Of a stretch of 64,000 nt of DNA, positions 61,995 through 64,000 are shown piece after piece. The notes beneath the pieces are model-generated. The model saw only the letters and a list, made by a program, of their open reading frames with translations. It was not told the DNA's origin and did not search any database. Within the stretch, counting starts at the first letter, position 1. Each line of letters starts with the position of its first letter. This DNA comes from Histomonas meleagridis 2922-C6/04-290x. Taxonomy: Eukaryota; Protista; Parabasalia. The stretch lies in the NCBI GenBank assembly GCA_020184695.1, contig JAANOX010000254.1:1-64000 (forward strand), read 5' to 3'. Position numbers and translations under genes: made by a program.

Positions 61995-62585
61995 ATGATA
62001 GTGGAGCCAAAGGTACAACACGCAAGGGTTGTTATGGTTGGCGATTCTTCTGTTGGGAAAACATCAATTTTGAACCAGCTTGTTGATCATACTTTTAATA
62101 GATTTGAGCAAAGTACCATTGGATCAAATTATCAAATTTTTGTTGAAGATGTAGAAGACACAAAAGTTGAAATGCAAATTTGGGATACATCTGGTCAAGA
62201 AAAATTTCGTTCTCTTGGACCAATATATTTCAGAAATGCAATAGCAGCAGTCGTGGTATATGATCAAACATCAATTAATTCCTATGAGCACATAGAAAGA
62301 TGGATCCGCGACGTAACAGAAGTTGCTGGACCTTCTACAATTATAGCTGTGGCTGCAAATAAAAGTGATCTAACAAATAACGCACAGGTTCCATTCAAAG
62401 AAGCTGAGAATTGGGCAAAATCCAGAGGATACATAATAATGCAAACATCAGCCTTGAGTGGTTTTGGGGTTTATCCTCTTTTTTCAAAGTTAGCAGAAAC
62501 AATTGTTAAATTGCAACTTAAGCAAATTGAAATCAACGGAACTGATATTGAACGAAAGGACGAAAACAGGCCATGCGCGTGCTGA
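61995..62585 (+). CDS. Rab-family small GTPase
   Basis: GDSSVGKT, STIG, WDTSGQEKFRSL, NKSD, TSA, C-terminal CAC prenylation motif. Confidence 0.95.
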   Translation: MIVEPKVQHARVVMVGDSSVGKTSILNQLVDHTFNRFEQSTIGSNYQIFVEDVEDTKVEMQIWDTSGQEKFRSLGPIYFRNAIAAVVVYDQTSINSYEHIERWIRDVTEVAGPSTIIAVAANKSDLTNNAQVPFKEAENWAKSRGYIIMQTSALSGFGVYPLFSKLAETIVKLQLKQIEINGTDIERKDENRPCAC

Positions 62586-63223
62586 CGTTTCCAAATTTAT
62601 ATACATATTTGGATTAATAAAATAGTTTTAGTTTATTTAAATAAATACTTCTTATGAACAACAAAATCTTTTGATGCAAAAAACTTATTTTTTTGAGGTT
62701 AAATGTGTAAGAATACGATGAAATATTTATAAAAAAATTGCTGTAAAAATGTAAATTATCGATTTTAAATCGGAATTTAAAAGATTTATTTATATTTTTC
62801 TATTGTGCATCAACTTAATATTGATTATTATTATTTGATATTTCCATTTAATTTGGTTTAAACCCAGTGGCAATCAATGTGAAGATCTATGTGATTTTTC
62901 ATATTACAAACAATACTATTAGTAATGTAATTTTCATGAGAAAATTGTTATAACATATTAAATCTTGTAAATCATAATAATTTATAACATTTTATATTCA
63001 AAATAAATATAAAACTTCTCATATTCGAATTCACCATTTCCTCTATAATGCGAAACAATTGTAAATATCGTTAACGTGAATTTTATCAATAATTTATCAT
63101 TCCGTGAGAACACTAAAATGCATTAATCATTAAAAGTAAAGAAGTCAACAATGCATTGAGCAACAATTCATTTCCATCCATAAAACATATAAAAACCATT
63201 TTAATGTTAATCATTCATATGAT

Positions 63224-64000
63224 TTATTCTTGCATCAAAGGTTCAACCAACTTTTGTTCGTCATCATTTTGGTCATACTTAAAGAAAGGCAACTTAAACA
63301 CATCGTTATAGATGAATGTCGCGAGCACGAGCAAGAAGAATCCGCCGAGTTCAAGGAACGACCAATTGACCCAAAGTTCGCCGAAACCAGCGCCAGCGTA
63401 CGCACAAATCAATGTGACAATCCAAATGAACAATGTACGCGCGGCTTCAAGGATTGTTCGGTTGACTGCGGACGAATGTGAGGTGACGAGCATTCCGAAC
63501 ATGTTGTAGAAGAGAACGGCAAGAATGAAGAATATGCAGACAACAAGAACTTTCCCAGATGAGAAGAGCTGAATGAATGAGTCAATGAAGTTTTCAAGTG
63601 ACTTTCCAAGTGGTGATGGATCATTTCCGGGAACAATTAAAGCAAATGGAAATCCAACAACAATCATAAGAACTAATCCCCAAATGCCTTCCCAGCCAAC
63701 GATTTCAAGAGCTGGCATGTTGACATCTTGGAGAACATATTCTTCAGTAACGATTTGGGCGGCTTGAACAAGTTGGGATAGAACAACAAGAACTGCACCT
63801 AGAAGTTTCTGTGTGGCAGAGTATTCTGTAGTTTCAGTCGATTCGCTACTGGATGATGTTACAGCTGGAACAAACATTCCGGCAACGCCAATCATTACAA
63901 GAGCAACAATGGTGATGCAAATGCTAAACCACCTGTAGCCTGGGATCTTACGCTTGAGGAAAAGAATGGAAATGATGGCAGAAAAGATAACCATGGAACC
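63224..64000 (-). CDS. SLC35F6-like drug/metabolite (nucleotide-sugar) transporter, 5' end outside window
   Basis: Multi-pass; GSMVIFSAIIS, QAAQIVTEE, GWEGIWG, SAVNRTILEAARTLFIW. Confidence 0.8.
   Translation of the reverse strand, partial: GSMVIFSAIISILFLKRKIPGYRWFSICITIVALVMIGVAGMFVPAVTSSSSESTETTEYSATQKLLGAVLVVLSQLVQAAQIVTEEYVLQDVNMPALEIVGWEGIWGLVLMIVVGFPFALIVPGNDPSPLGKSLENFIDSFIQLFSSGKVLVVCIFFILAVLFYNMFGMLVTSHSSAVNRTILEAARTLFIWIVTLICAYAGAGFGELWVNWSFLELGGFFLLVLATFIYNDVFKLPFFKYDQNDDEQKLVEPLMQE

Noticed and set aside
1-64000. Transposons (Maverick, mariner, Mutator), rRNA, tRNA
   Set aside because: No transposase, integrase or polymerase ORF, terminal inverted repeats, or RNA-gene signatures seen by eye; small RNAs could be missed without covariance models.

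Overview
AT-rich, compact, essentially intron-less eukaryotic genomic DNA from a parabasalid protist (Trichomonas/Tritrichomonas/Histomonas type). Evidence for the lineage: an IBD (initiator-binding-domain) gene, DUF3447-type ankyrin genes, BspA-like LRR relics, a Pmp-like surface protein, and TCAYT initiator plus AACGGT (M3-like) elements just upstream of many start codons. About 30 genes are recognisable: CapZ-alpha, USP, NCoR-like SANT, R2R3 Myb, RhoGEF-Kelch, BEACH, CFAP54-like, PEK kinase, SART1/Snu66, NOT2/3/5, IFT139/TTC21B, AMMECR1, a Bacteroidetes-like GH30, GYF, IBD, Mob1, SPT LCB1, Rab and an SLC35F6-like transporter, plus several pseudogenes. No rRNA, tRNA, transposase or CRISPR was seen. 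The most unusual structure is at 48088-50128 (-). There, an ankyrin gene has five consecutive inter-repeat junctions interrupted at the same position (the beta-hairpin, between D-V-N-A-K-x and T-A-L-H) by stop-containing inserts of exactly n x 20 nt (160, 60, 60, 180, 60) with no frame-restoring GT-AG boundaries. Related inserts occur at the same ankyrin position at two other loci (about 16.9 kb and 46.06 kb). This suggests a dispersed family of intron-like or otherwise processed elements specific to ankyrin genes, although simple decay by VNTR expansion is not excluded. All homology calls are from motif recognition by eye; no database searches were run.
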